Source: a virus
Virus record (IMG/VR): IMGVR_UViG_3300032285_004900
Location: 1 to 64,000 of that record
Length of the DNA: 64,000 bases
Strand: one strand, 5' to 3'
In this document: positions 37,899 to 47,224 of the stretch, piece after piece
Position numbering within the stretch: position 1 is the stretch's first letter
Layout: each line of letters starts with the position of its first letter
Notes under the pieces: model-generated
Databases searched by the model: none
What the model saw: only the letters and a program-made list of their open reading frames with translations
What the model was told of the DNA's origin: nothing
Position numbers and translations under genes: made by a program

Positions 37899-39407
37899 TT
37901 ATAATAAGTTTCTTTCTATCTGGGTCTTATACTTCTTAAGCATTTCAGTTGGTATGTTCATATGAGCTGTGGTAACTCTATCCGAATTTGGAACTGCTGT
38001 AGCTAGTTTTGAGATTGGTCCATAAAGGGATCCTCCACTTATTCCACCGTAATATCCTGCATCACCCCAGTTCTTTGGATTGTACATTAAATAAATTCCA
38101 GTACCTTTGCTACTAAGTTTTTTAGCCGCAGAGGTTAGATTGTTCCCTGGAGTAGGATCCATTAGGATTAAATTTTTAAGACTAAGATCCCCTAGATATT
38201 TTGTTATGTCTGCTGAATCATTTCCACTTCCTGAGAATATTCCAACACTTAAACTCTTTTGACTTAATTTATTCTTAGATAAGACAGCATCTAAATCAGC
38301 TTTAACATTTTCAAAGGGTGTTGTGTGTTTGTTGGGTATAACTATAGCATACTTATTAAACCAATCACTTACTGCATTTTTAACTAAAGGTGGCATATAT
38401 TCCTTTCCTAATTTATCCCCAACCTTAATCCCTGGATACAGTACAAAAACATCTACTGGACCGTTGACATTTTTCGGAGTCCAGATTGTGCAGTTTGAAG
38501 TGGTTGTTTTACCATCAGTCTCTGTTATATCTGAAGAAGGATTAACCTTCGGAATTATTGGAGTAATTGATGCTTGAGATCCTTTTGGATTTTTCAAATA
38601 CAGATCTTTATAGACATTCCAGGCTTTCGTTGTTCTAGGACCAAATTTTCCATATCCCCCTTTTTTATTAACTATCCCACCAGGATATCCCCAAGCCCAT
38701 CCTGGCTTATTAGCATCTAACCAATCTTGGAAATGCTCTATATTTTCTGGTCTATCCTCGGTCGAACCTGATGATGCTGCGCTTCCTGAAAATCCAGATG
38801 CCGCTGGAGTCAAATTTACTGTTCCTCCCTCTACTATTTTGCTTATCTCCTTGGCAACTGCAATAATCCCCGGGGTAGAAGGTCCTGGATGCTTGACTGA
38901 GTATATTGGAGGAGTGTTTAAAACATTGATTCCTAGAGGTGGAAATTTAGCATAGTAGCTCTCAATAGCATTATCTATATTTGGTATTTTCTTACCGAAC
39001 CAATCCGATCCGCCATCAACTGCTGTGGAATATCCCTTCTCCCCTCTAAAAGTGTAATATTTAGCATTTGGGAATTTCTCTTTTAAATTCTGAGCTAACT
39101 TTTTAAGAGGAGATGCTGGTATTTCAGTGTAGACCTCATTAGATCCTATTGATATAAAAACATTTTTAATCTCATTCCTTATGGGCGCAGAAGAAAGAGC
39201 TTTATTCAATTGTAAAACTGCCCATCCTGAATGGTTAAGACCTGTATCTGGTGTTTCGTAAAGGAAAGACCTCTTAGCATCTGCCGAAATGTTTTGATAT
39301 ATTGAAGGGACTAAGCTGTCCCCCATAATCATAGAGTTTGCTGATCCTCCATTATATTCGTACAAACGAGTTAAAAAAGAGGGGAAATCGTATACTATTT
39401 TAGACAT
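37899..39407 (-). CDS. GDSL/SGNH-like hydrolase-domain protein (502 aa)
   Basis: MIMGDSLV near the N-terminus (GDSL block I). The rest is unassigned. A GGAGATATATAAAGC box abuts the ATG. Confidence 0.4.
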   Translation of the reverse strand: MSKIVYDFPSFLTRLYEYNGGSANSMIMGDSLVPSIYQNISADAKRSFLYETPDTGLNHSGWAVLQLNKALSSAPIRNEIKNVFISIGSNEVYTEIPASPLKKLAQNLKEKFPNAKYYTFRGEKGYSTAVDGGSDWFGKKIPNIDNAIESYYAKFPPLGINVLNTPPIYSVKHPGPSTPGIIAVAKEISKIVEGGTVNLTPAASGFSGSAASSGSTEDRPENIEHFQDWLDANKPGWAWGYPGGIVNKKGGYGKFGPRTTKAWNVYKDLYLKNPKGSQASITPIIPKVNPSSDITETDGKTTTSNCTIWTPKNVNGPVDVFVLYPGIKVGDKLGKEYMPPLVKNAVSDWFNKYAIVIPNKHTTPFENVKADLDAVLSKNKLSQKSLSVGIFSGSGNDSADITKYLGDLSLKNLILMDPTPGNNLTSAAKKLSSKGTGIYLMYNPKNWGDAGYYGGISGGSLYGPISKLATAVPNSDRVTTAHMNIPTEMLKKYKTQIERNLL

Positions 39408-39422
39408 GCTTTATATATCTCC

Positions 39423-39878
39423 TTATTTCCTTCCTTTAGGCTTCTTGTTATAATGTCTCTCCAGATATTCCCATGTGGACTTAACAGAATAGCAGATAGG
39501 CTCCCCATTTTCGTCATGAGCCCCATATTTGCTCTGCTCCTCCGGAGGTACTCTTTCTATCTTTCCTCCTTTGATCTCCCTGTACGTTGGGGTTTTGCTC
39601 CAGTCTTTCTTGCCATATTCTGATTCAAATCTAAACCAGCTAATCCAATCAGCACCTTCCTTACCGTAAACCTCCTCAAAAAGCATTTCTATAATAACTT
39701 GAAGACTCTCATGGACATCGAATATGTCTATTCCGAGTTTATATGCCTGACTAACTTTCTTTTCGTGATCCTTCAGGAGAGTGATCATCTGTGCAAATTT
39801 TTTGTATTCCATAATCATTTTATCCCTCCCATAAAATTTAGTTTCGTTATTAGATGAGTATATAGAGCATGCAACCAA
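39423..39878 (-). CDS. Hypothetical protein
   Basis: ORF. Confidence 0.45.
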   Translation of the reverse strand: MVACSIYSSNNETKFYGRDKMIMEYKKFAQMITLLKDHEKKVSQAYKLGIDIFDVHESLQVIIEMLFEEVYGKEGADWISWFRFESEYGKKDWSKTPTYREIKGGKIERVPPEEQSKYGAHDENGEPICYSVKSTWEYLERHYNKKPKGRK

Positions 39879-40084
39879 GTAAAGAGTATTTAGACCAGAT
39901 AGCTAAAAGGCTGGAAAAACTAAATCCCGGATTGACTCCAGAGATTGTAAAGGAAATGAAAAGACCAAACGATACGTCTGGACTTCTCGGGGATATTGGG
40001 ACTGCTGCTGTAAATTACCTTAAAAACAAAAAAGATCAGGACATAAAGCCTGATCCTCTGTTTCCTGATAGGAATACTTATTAA
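39869..40084 (+). CDS. Small hypothetical protein
   Basis: ORF preceded by GAGTATATAGAGC. Confidence 0.35.
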   Translation: MQPSKEYLDQIAKRLEKLNPGLTPEIVKEMKRPNDTSGLLGDIGTAAVNYLKNKKDQDIKPDPLFPDRNTY

Positions 40085-40527
40085 TAGTCTGGGAATAATT
40101 CGTGGGGTATATCTGTATCAACTGTCATAAATCGATCAACATCAGATGGATTGGGTACAACTATTAGATCTCCGGGTTTACCCTCTTCTGCCGCAGTTCT
40201 AACCCTGTGATTTCCATCTATCAAAATCCACTCTCCACCATCTTCTGGAGTTTCTGGATTCTTGAATTTTACCAAGAGTCCAATAGGAAGACTGTAATCC
40301 ATTTTACCTTTCAGCTTCTGCATTTTAAGAGGATCAACAAATGAAAAATCCTCCCGAGAGTATTGATTTAGAAGATATGGTGGATATGTCTTGCGGATAG
40401 ATCCTATCTCTCCTGAATTTATCAAGGAGTAAGCTTTATCGACATCGAAAAGATATCTCCCGTTATATCCGGAGAATATCTCAGGTTCCTTTCCTTCGTT
40501 TATAAAATCTTGGAATTTCTTTATCAT
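40081..40527 (-). CDS. Hypothetical protein
   Basis: ORF. Confidence 0.45.
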   Translation of the reverse strand: MIKKFQDFINEGKEPEIFSGYNGRYLFDVDKAYSLINSGEIGSIRKTYPPYLLNQYSREDFSFVDPLKMQKLKGKMDYSLPIGLLVKFKNPETPEDGGEWILIDGNHRVRTAAEEGKPGDLIVVPNPSDVDRFMTVDTDIPHELFPDY

Positions 40528-40541
40528 CGATTCTATATATC

Positions 40542-40904
40542 CTAGAACTTGTCCTTAGGAACGCCCTCATTTCTTTTTACTGGAATCGCAATAGCGCGGG
40601 GTAAATCACTTCCCTCATCGCTGTCATTTATGAGTATCCTCTCACCCCTCTCTATTCCCATGACTATCTGGTCAAACGGTATTTTATTTTCTACCAGCTC
40701 GTTGATTGTATGGCCTCTGAGACCATTTGGTCTAGCAGTTGTTATCACTATATGTGCACCTTTTTTCTTTGCAGATACTAGATAATCCACGGTTGATTTT
40801 ATTTTCTTTGCTGGGGTTTTAGTAATCTCTTCAAATTTTCTGTAGATGAAAACTGTTCCATCCAGATCGCAGAAGATTGTTGGATTTTTAATGGACTGGC
40901 TCAT
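40542..40904 (-). CDS. Small HAD-like phosphatase
   Basis: IFCDLDGTV (DxDGT motif I) and a later acidic INDSDEGSD region. Confidence 0.45.
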   Translation of the reverse strand: MSQSIKNPTIFCDLDGTVFIYRKFEEITKTPAKKIKSTVDYLVSAKKKGAHIVITTARPNGLRGHTINELVENKIPFDQIVMGIERGERILINDSDEGSDLPRAIAIPVKRNEGVPKDKF

Positions 40905-40912
40905 TCTTTTAT

Positions 40913-41539
40913 TTATAGTCTATATGCTACACCTGCTCCGAATGAGATTAATTTTTTACTATTACCATAAACCATATTATTAACTATGGCATCAAAATCT
41001 AATCTTTTCCAGGTGTACCCTATATATGGACTGTATATTAGTTTATTTTTAAAATCTTCGTAACCGTTTATCTCTTTGCTCCCAAAACTTCCCCCTGCGT
41101 TCATTCCTAAATATAACCCATCATATTCATATTCTCCGCTCACAATATAATATTTTAATCCCAATTTAAAAGTTGTTTGGGAAAAATTATTAGATCTATC
41201 ACCAGAGAAATCTCTAAAATACCCGATGGAAAAAGTTGCATCTAGGCCTTCAGAAACTCCAACTGACATTCTTACCTCAGCTCCTGTTTCGAATTTATTT
41301 GTTTTTCTAAATTCACCAACTGGGAAAGAACTAATTGATCCTAGAAAAACTCTTGTATCAACTTCGGGTTCTGCCCCGTAATTATCAGAGCTAGATTTTT
41401 TAGACATGCCAGATGAGGTCGGAATTGGATTTTGATTTTTTGGAGATTCGCAATTGACCGTCTGTTTTCTGGTTTGAGTTTGTGTGAATGATTTTAATGT
41501 TGGGATGGTTAGCGTTAACACTAAAAAGATCTTTTTCAT
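40913..41539 (-). CDS. Outer-membrane beta-barrel protein
   Basis: Signal peptide, alternating amphipathic strands, and a C-terminal AGVAYRL. Confidence 0.5.
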   Translation of the reverse strand: MKKIFLVLTLTIPTLKSFTQTQTRKQTVNCESPKNQNPIPTSSGMSKKSSSDNYGAEPEVDTRVFLGSISSFPVGEFRKTNKFETGAEVRMSVGVSEGLDATFSIGYFRDFSGDRSNNFSQTTFKLGLKYYIVSGEYEYDGLYLGMNAGGSFGSKEINGYEDFKNKLIYSPYIGYTWKRLDFDAIVNNMVYGNSKKLISFGAGVAYRL

Positions 41540-41550
41540 TTTTTTGATCT

Positions 41551-42270
41551 TTATAGTCTAAATATAGATAAATTATTTCGGGAGTCCAATAAAATAGCTG
41601 TTCTATTTTCAACCCAATCTCCAGAATTTAGATAATGCCCATCTAACATCTTGATATCTGCAGGCTGATGTATATGTCCGCAGATAACTCCTACACAGTT
41701 GTGTTTTTTTGCCATCTTAACGGCTGCACTTTCGAAATCGTTAATATAGTTGGTGGCAGATTTAACCCCAGCCTTAATTTGTTGTGATATTGACTGATAT
41801 GGAAGTCCTCTCCAAACTCTGTATCTATTATACCAACGGTTTAACCATAAAGCTAGATCATATCCAACAGATCCGATTTTTGCTAGCCACTTATATTTGG
41901 TTATGAAAACATCTATTACATCTCCATGAAAAATATAGTACGAAAGATTTTCTGAGACATTTAGACGATAATCCTCCCTCACCTCAATGTTTCCAAAGTG
42001 AGATCCTATAAACTCAACCAGGAATTCATCATGATTTCCTCTGATCCAAATAATCTTGGTTTTATTAGAAATCTTTAAAAGCTTGGCAATAACCTGGGTG
42101 TGTGATTTTTTCCATTTTGCTCCGCGGTTCAAAGCCCACCCATCCACTATGTCGCCATTCAGAATTAGTAGATCTGTTGGATGGGATTCCAAAAAATCTA
42201 TAAAGTCATTAGCTTTTGAGTCTTTAGTCCCAAGATGCAGATCTGAAACTATGATTGCTTTATATTTCAT
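41551..42270 (-). CDS. LpxH-family (UDP-2,3-diacylglucosamine hydrolase-like) metallophosphoesterase
   Basis: MKYKAIIVSDLHLG...LNGDIVDGW...GNHDEF...GHIH matches the ordered LpxH/calcineurin motifs. Confidence 0.65.
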   Translation of the reverse strand: MKYKAIIVSDLHLGTKDSKANDFIDFLESHPTDLLILNGDIVDGWALNRGAKWKKSHTQVIAKLLKISNKTKIIWIRGNHDEFLVEFIGSHFGNIEVREDYRLNVSENLSYYIFHGDVIDVFITKYKWLAKIGSVGYDLALWLNRWYNRYRVWRGLPYQSISQQIKAGVKSATNYINDFESAAVKMAKKHNCVGVICGHIHQPADIKMLDGHYLNSGDWVENRTAILLDSRNNLSIFRL

Positions 42271-42355
42271 AGACTACATACTAATTTTGTAATAAGGATT
42301 AGAACAGTAACTGTGGTTACCACAATAAATTCGAATTTGATGTCAACTTTCTTTC

Positions 42356-43123
42356 TCATGACCAGTAATTATAATCTTTTTTGAAAAAATCTTCGTTATT
42401 TCTATTTAGCCATGACTTCCAGGCCAATTTGATCATATAATACACGCCCTTCTTAGAAAATCTTCTATCTGGAGTATGTACATAACGATTGATGATCTTA
42501 AATTTCTTGGGATTAATCTTCGAACTAAGATGATAGTCCTCAGCAATTTTATCCTCTTCATTAAATCCATTTAATTTTTTAAAGGTCTCAGTTTTAAATA
42601 GCATAAATCCTCCAACTGCAAACGGCTTAGTTTTAGAACTTATCCACTGGAAAAAATCAAACATTCTATAGACCCAATTATATTTTCCTGATGTTGTTTT
42701 AAATTTACAGGTAACTAGATCATAATCTCCTGACTTAGCTAATTCTAGACAGCTAGACAAAAGATCGGGTTCATTAAGGTATATGTCAGCATCCATAAAC
42801 AGAACATATGGAGTTGTCACCCTCATAGCTCCATTATTTCTAGCCTCCGCTGGAAATCCACCAGGTACTATTTGTAGATATGGATTATTTGATGCCGAGT
42901 ACTGTCTAAGAAGATATGTTGTGTTATTATCTGATGAGTCTGCAACTATAATCACTGTCCTTATATCTTGTTTTTCTAAAAGAGCTAAAACGTCTATTAT
43001 TCCCCAGCCCTCGTTTTTGCACGGTATTACTATGGTTAGTATATCATTCATCTCCTTATATATTATTGATTCCAAATGCCCTCTAAGCTGTTCAATGTTA
43101 ACTTTACGTTTGCTTATCCCCAC
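42356..43123 (-). CDS. Family-2 glycosyltransferase
   Basis: LTIVIPCKNE and a DAD acidic motif (DADIYL). Confidence 0.6.
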   Translation of the reverse strand: MGISKRKVNIEQLRGHLESIIYKEMNDILTIVIPCKNEGWGIIDVLALLEKQDIRTVIIVADSSDNNTTYLLRQYSASNNPYLQIVPGGFPAEARNNGAMRVTTPYVLFMDADIYLNEPDLLSSCLELAKSGDYDLVTCKFKTTSGKYNWVYRMFDFFQWISSKTKPFAVGGFMLFKTETFKKLNGFNEEDKIAEDYHLSSKINPKKFKIINRYVHTPDRRFSKKGVYYMIKLAWKSWLNRNNEDFFKKDYNYWS

Positions 43124-43172
43124 AAAAAAAGCTTGGTTTTATCCAAGCTTTTTTCAAATTTGATTCTAAATA

Positions 43173-43703
43173 TTAAAAGTTGTAAATAACCCCGAACTTT
43201 GCTGTTGCAAATGGGTTAGTAACGCCGGTGAATCCAACAGTCATCGTTGAGTTACCGTCTGCTGTTTCATAAGAAACTAAATCACATACATTCATAGTAA
43301 GACCTAATCTCTTAGAAATTGAATAGTTAGCACCTAAACCTAGGTTAGCCTCTGTAGATGTAGACTTAACCCCTGCTTCTGTTGCCGAATTGCTAGTTAA
43401 ACTTAATTGAGAGAACACCTGACAATTTTTACCGATAGTCATAAAATGACATCTTCCGAATACACCTACATTTGTGATTTTTCCAGTTGCTGTCTCTCCG
43501 ATTTCTCCTAATACACCTACTGCTACTTTTTCAGTTACGAAGTAACCGATTGTTGGGTTAAAGCTGTAAGATGCTTTCACATCAGTTGACTTTGTGTAAG
43601 ATACCGTTCCGCTTACGAACTTAGAGTTCTTTTGCGCATTTGCACTTGTTGCTGCGATCATTACTAACGCTGCCAAAATGCCTAATTTAAACACTTTTTT
43701 CAT
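43173..43703 (-). CDS. Outer-membrane beta-barrel protein (OmpW/OmpA-barrel-like)
   Basis: Signal peptide MKKVFKLGILAALVMIAATSANAQ, beta-strand periodicity, and a C-terminal aromatic (VIYNF). Confidence 0.5.
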   Translation of the reverse strand: MKKVFKLGILAALVMIAATSANAQKNSKFVSGTVSYTKSTDVKASYSFNPTIGYFVTEKVAVGVLGEIGETATGKITNVGVFGRCHFMTIGKNCQVFSQLSLTSNSATEAGVKSTSTEANLGLGANYSISKRLGLTMNVCDLVSYETADGNSTMTVGFTGVTNPFATAKFGVIYNF

Positions 43704-43766
43704 TTTTTGTTTTTTTTGTTATAAATAAATACCACTTTTATATGGCAAAGATCCCAAATTGTTTCG

Positions 43767-44147
43767 CTATTCGGTCTCATATTCGTACATGATCCCGGTC
43801 TCGTAAACAATAGCGTATAGCATATGTGTTGATACCTCAGGTCTGAATTTTTTCATCATAAAGAAGCATTTGTCCCCTTCCCCGTTAATACACTTCCAAG
43901 TGTAGCAAACGTGATCGTCGTAAATAGTCTTTTCAGATTGATCGTAAGTCTTGAATTTGTACTTACCAATAGTGATATCCCAATCCTTCATGATTAGAAA
44001 TAAATCTGTTGGGTAATTGGTTGACACTGTAACCCATTTCTCATCCCTGTATTCACATTTAGATTCTCTTATTACCCTACTGAAGTCTTGTGAATAGCTT
44101 AATAGAGTTGCAAGTAGGCTGACTACTATGAGTGTTACTTTTTTCAT
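43767..44147 (-). CDS. Secreted small protein
   Basis: Signal peptide. Confidence 0.4.
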   Translation of the reverse strand: MKKVTLIVVSLLATLLSYSQDFSRVIRESKCEYRDEKWVTVSTNYPTDLFLIMKDWDITIGKYKFKTYDQSEKTIYDDHVCYTWKCINGEGDKCFFMMKKFRPEVSTHMLYAIVYETGIMYEYETE

Positions 44148-44168
44148 TTTACTTGTTTTTAATTGTGT

Positions 44169-44741
44169 CTACTTTTCTTCTTTTTTTATTCTTAAATCCC
44201 CAAGGCCGCTTTTTTCTAGTTGGTCGTCAAAATCTTTAAATCCAAGTCTTTGAGCTTCCTCATCATTCTTTTTTCTATAGTAAGCTCTTTTGGTATCCGG
44301 ATCATTTAACAGATCAACAGGGATTCCAAGCTCTTCCGAAACTGCTTCTTGACACCATTTGTGGCTACCCATTTCTATATTGATAGGTAAATCAGTTTCA
44401 ATGGAGTTTATAAAATCTTCAAATTGATTAGCAGCTACGAATGGCATACAATAGCTACCTTCGTCTATTTGATATCCGCTATCATTTTGTTTGTCAAATA
44501 CCTCAACCCTACCCATTCTATATCGCTCCCCAAGTAAACTAAACACTCCGTAACCAACAGTAGAGTAGTAGTATCTTCCTGGATGAGACACCCCGTTTAC
44601 GTCGATACAAGCTGGATTAACCTCCATATATCCTGCTAGTTCGTTCACCAACTGCTCATCAGTATAAGGCTCTCCGTTTTGCTGCTCCCTACTCCGAATG
44701 TTTTTTAAAAACCATTCTAGTTCTTTTCTATTTACTTTCAT
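44169..44741 (-). CDS. Hypothetical protein
   Basis: ORF. Confidence 0.45.
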   Translation of the reverse strand: MKVNRKELEWFLKNIRSREQQNGEPYTDEQLVNELAGYMEVNPACIDVNGVSHPGRYYYSTVGYGVFSLLGERYRMGRVEVFDKQNDSGYQIDEGSYCMPFVAANQFEDFINSIETDLPINIEMGSHKWCQEAVSEELGIPVDLLNDPDTKRAYYRKKNDEEAQRLGFKDFDDQLEKSGLGDLRIKKEEK

Positions 44742-44862
44742 CTTTCTTTTTTAAAAGTTCGTTTAGATAGACCCCTAATTCTGCCATGCCGATGGAAAAA
44801 GATATAGCAATAACGGCAGATATAAAAACTCCGAAAATTCCTAGTATTGCTCTTTGTATCAT
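44728..44862 (-). CDS. Small hydrophobic peptide (45 aa)
   Basis: Hand-translated: MIQRAILGIFGVFISAVIAISFSIGMAELGVYLNELLKKKDESK. It is below the track length cut-off. It overlaps the neighbouring starts and stops by 4 and 14 nt. Confidence 0.3.
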   Translation of the reverse strand: MIQRAILGIFGVFISAVIAISFSIGMAELGVYLNELLKKKDESK

Positions 44863-44954
44863 ATTAACATCATCGACACAATTGCAGCTGCTGCCATTAC
44901 AATCGTTACGATCAAAGCTATTAAAGCGTCTTTATGATTATTGTTTCTATTCAT
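44859..44954 (-). CDS. Small hydrophobic peptide (31 aa)
   Basis: Hand-translated: MNRNNNHKDALIALIVTIVMAAAAIVSMMLI. It lies directly downstream of the tRNA-like genes. Confidence 0.3.
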   Translation of the reverse strand: MNRNNNHKDALIALIVTIVMAAAAIVSMMLI

Positions 44955-44966
44955 AATATTAAAAAG

Positions 44967-45096
44967 TGGTCAAGACAGGATTCGAACCTGTATAGAGTAG
45001 CTTATTCGCTCCTAAAAGGATTGGGCCATCTTGCTCTACTTTCGTTGCGTCTACCGAGGAGAGACTAAAGTCAATCATCCATTTCGCCACCTGACC
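44967..45096 (-). tRNA. tRNA-like gene, atypical length (130 nt)
   Basis: 5' GGTCAGG pairs with 3' CTTGACC (a 7-bp acceptor stem with one G-U), then discriminator A. There is a TGGCGAAATGG D-arm-like segment and a canonical T-arm ACAGG-TTCGAAT-CCTGT. An ordinary tRNA fold would need ~45-55 extra nt removed. Confidence 0.5.
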
Positions 45097-45215
45097 ATGG
45101 TCGGGACTTTCCCCGAGTCAACCTTAGCAATCTTTACCGGCGGTCGCACATCTTTATGCCTATATAAGCTAAGATGATTCACCATTTGGGGCTGCTTGAG
45201 ATTATTTTCCCCTCG

Positions 45216-45375
45216 TAGTCAGGACAGGATTCGAACCTGTATGGTGGGTATTTTTCTTTATTACAGAAGGACCCATGTATACTAATCCCCTATGAGTGGA
45301 ACTACCCCATGTTTGCAAATCATGTTTTAACCTTAAAACCAACAAGTATGCGTCTATCCATTCCGCCACCTGACT
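45216..45375 (-). tRNA. tRNA-like gene, atypical length (160 nt), type-II (Leu-like) D-arm
   Basis: 5' AGTCAGG pairs perfectly with 3' CCTGACT. TGGCGGAATGGATAGACGC is a typical tRNA-Leu/Ser-class D-arm. The T-arm is ACAGG-TTCGAAT-CCTGT. An internal ~70-nt structured insert (hairpins TTTTAA-GG-TTAAAA and CATGATTTG-CAAACATG) sits between the D-arm and the T-arm. Confidence 0.5.
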
Positions 45376-45541
45376 AAATATATTACCTATTTAAGTAAAT
45401 GGGTGAGCATTCTTTTTAATTTTGCCATTTGAACATCGAATACCATTTTTGCTACTCCTGTTATTATTAATGCTAGGAATGATATTGCTAATATCTGTGC
45501 CATTTTTAAATTTTTAATTACAAGGTAAATATAAGAAAAGA

Positions 45542-45862
45542 TTACGGAAGAATTTTGATAGGAGGGTGGTAATTTTCTTCTAACCACAACATTAATTCTT
45601 TAAGAGTTGGGGCCTTGTCGTTCTTTTGACACCATGCATCTAGATGCTCCCATATCTCCTGCCATGATGTTTCGATGTGTTCATATGCACCATCTGGGCC
45701 TATTGTAAAGTCATCTGATATTACCGGATCTTTTCCTAGAGCTGCTTTCTCTAAATTTCTCGATAAGCTTTGAACGAACCAATCTTTCCATTCGGAAAAT
45801 GTGAGCTCAGATCGAGGATTCTCCCTCTTGTAGTTTCTGTATTGTGTTTCCAGTGTTGACAT
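45542..45862 (-). CDS. Hypothetical protein
   Basis: ORF. Confidence 0.4.
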   Translation of the reverse strand: MSTLETQYRNYKRENPRSELTFSEWKDWFVQSLSRNLEKAALGKDPVISDDFTIGPDGAYEHIETSWQEIWEHLDAWCQKNDKAPTLKELMLWLEENYHPPIKILP

Positions 45863-46034
45863 CTTGATTTTTTATTTCTGGTGCTGTGAATTTATTTTTT
45901 AGCCAATTTCTTACTCTTAGCGGAAGATCTTCGTGGAGAGAGACCTGTATCTCCTCAAATATTGAATCCCATTTAGACCTATTGGATCTTGAGCATTTGC
46001 AATTTGTCCCGGTTTTACGTGTCTTCTTTTCCAT
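45807..46034 (-). CDS. Small basic protein
   Basis: ORF. Confidence 0.35.
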   Translation of the reverse strand: MEKKTRKTGTNCKCSRSNRSKWDSIFEEIQVSLHEDLPLRVRNWLKNKFTAPEIKNQDVNTGNTIQKLQEGESSI

Positions 46035-46049
46035 AGTCGTTATTTACCC

Positions 46050-46343
46050 TTAGAAGGTATTTGAATTTCCAATCCACTCAGATCTCAGTTTAGTTACCAG
46101 CTCATCAAAAGAATCGCTAACCTCAGAACCTTTAACCTCACATCCCCACTCAGATCCCGATGGTGTTTCTAGCCAATATTCGGTTTCTAATGAGTTTGTT
46201 TTTTCGTCCATCTGGATATAAACAGTTTTAACTCTGGCTTGATAGATAGCGCAGTGATCTGTAGGGTTTCCATCCTTGTCGCTGTATCTGCTTATAGCCC
46301 ATACATCAGATCCCACCTTATATGCTTCGTATTTAGTCTTCAT
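46050..46343 (-). CDS. Hypothetical protein
   Basis: ORF. Confidence 0.4.
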   Translation of the reverse strand: MKTKYEAYKVGSDVWAISRYSDKDGNPTDHCAIYQARVKTVYIQMDEKTNSLETEYWLETPSGSEWGCEVKGSEVSDSFDELVTKLRSEWIGNSNTF

Positions 46344-46348
46344 TCCGG

Positions 46349-46735
46349 TTATTTTAGATGCCCAGATTGTATGAGCTGGATTAAAAAGTAACTTAGCTTG
46401 TAGCCTGTAAATGCTCCTAGAGCGGAGGGTATAGGAAACACGATCATCTTTCCGAGATCAGTTACATACTTTGGACGGTTTACAATTTTACCCATCATAT
46501 AGTAGTAAGTGATGTACCCAGCAAGAACCGCTAGATCTGTTCTAGTGGCTATAAACACCACAAGGGTTGCTCCGATAAAGCCAAATGTGAAATTATCTCT
46601 GATGCCCTCCCACACCTCTAGCTTGCTAGCTTCGTTCCACTCTTTGACGATCTTTTTATACTTGGCTTTTCTCTTTGACATTTTATTTCTTGATATTATG
46701 AGGTTTAGGCTTTCCTTCGTCGTCAAGCAAGACAA
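46349..46735 (-). CDS. Membrane protein
   Basis: Hydrophobic segments. Confidence 0.4.
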   Translation of the reverse strand: MSCLTTKESLNLIISRNKMSKRKAKYKKIVKEWNEASKLEVWEGIRDNFTFGFIGATLVVFIATRTDLAVLAGYITYYYMMGKIVNRPKYVTDLGKMIVFPIPSALGAFTGYKLSYFLIQLIQSGHLK

Positions 46736-47042
46736 ATACTATCTTGTCTATCTTGATAATAGTTTCTTTGGTTGCTTTGTTTCTAACATCGCAAGCTATG
46801 GTTATAGAGGTTGTTCCGACAGAGACTAAATCCATTCCGAACTCCACTATGTCACCTTGTTTTGCTGTTCGAACGAAATTAACCTCACTCATTGCCTTAG
46901 TAACAACGCTTGATGATTTCATCTGGCAGATAGCAAAGATAGCTGCCTCCTCATCCGCCCATTCGAGAACTCTGCCCCCGAAAAGGGTTCCTCTTGGATT
47001 TAGATCTCCTGGTTTTACAATTTTCCTTGTGCGGTATTTCAT
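46683..47042 (-). CDS. Hotdog-fold acyl-CoA thioesterase
   Basis: The 119-aa length and a GTLFGGRVLEW...VTKAMSEVNF...GDIVE pattern are typical of YciA/4HBT thioesterases. Confidence 0.55.
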   Translation of the reverse strand: MKYRTRKIVKPGDLNPRGTLFGGRVLEWADEEAAIFAICQMKSSSVVTKAMSEVNFVRTAKQGDIVEFGMDLVSVGTTSITIACDVRNKATKETIIKIDKIVFVLLDDEGKPKPHNIKK

Positions 47043-47224
47043 ATTGGATTTTATTACTAGTTTTCGTCGTTAAATGTTCTTTTTTCCCATTGGGTTAATA
47101 TAATTACTGGCATAACAACTATCCACCATCTGGGATCGCTAAGTCCTGCACCAAATAATCCTGTGATCGTTGCCCCTAAATAAAATCCCCAGAACATTCC
47201 TATAAGCGTACTTTTTTTCATGTT

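Noticed and set aside
44967-45375. The tRNA-like pair could be a two-piece or permuted tmRNA partnering the encoded SmpB
   Set aside because: Both elements have a D-arm-like segment and lack the GGGG 5' end and G3-U70 acceptor typical of tmRNA. No tag-peptide reading frame ending in a stop followed by pseudoknot-like structure was seen.
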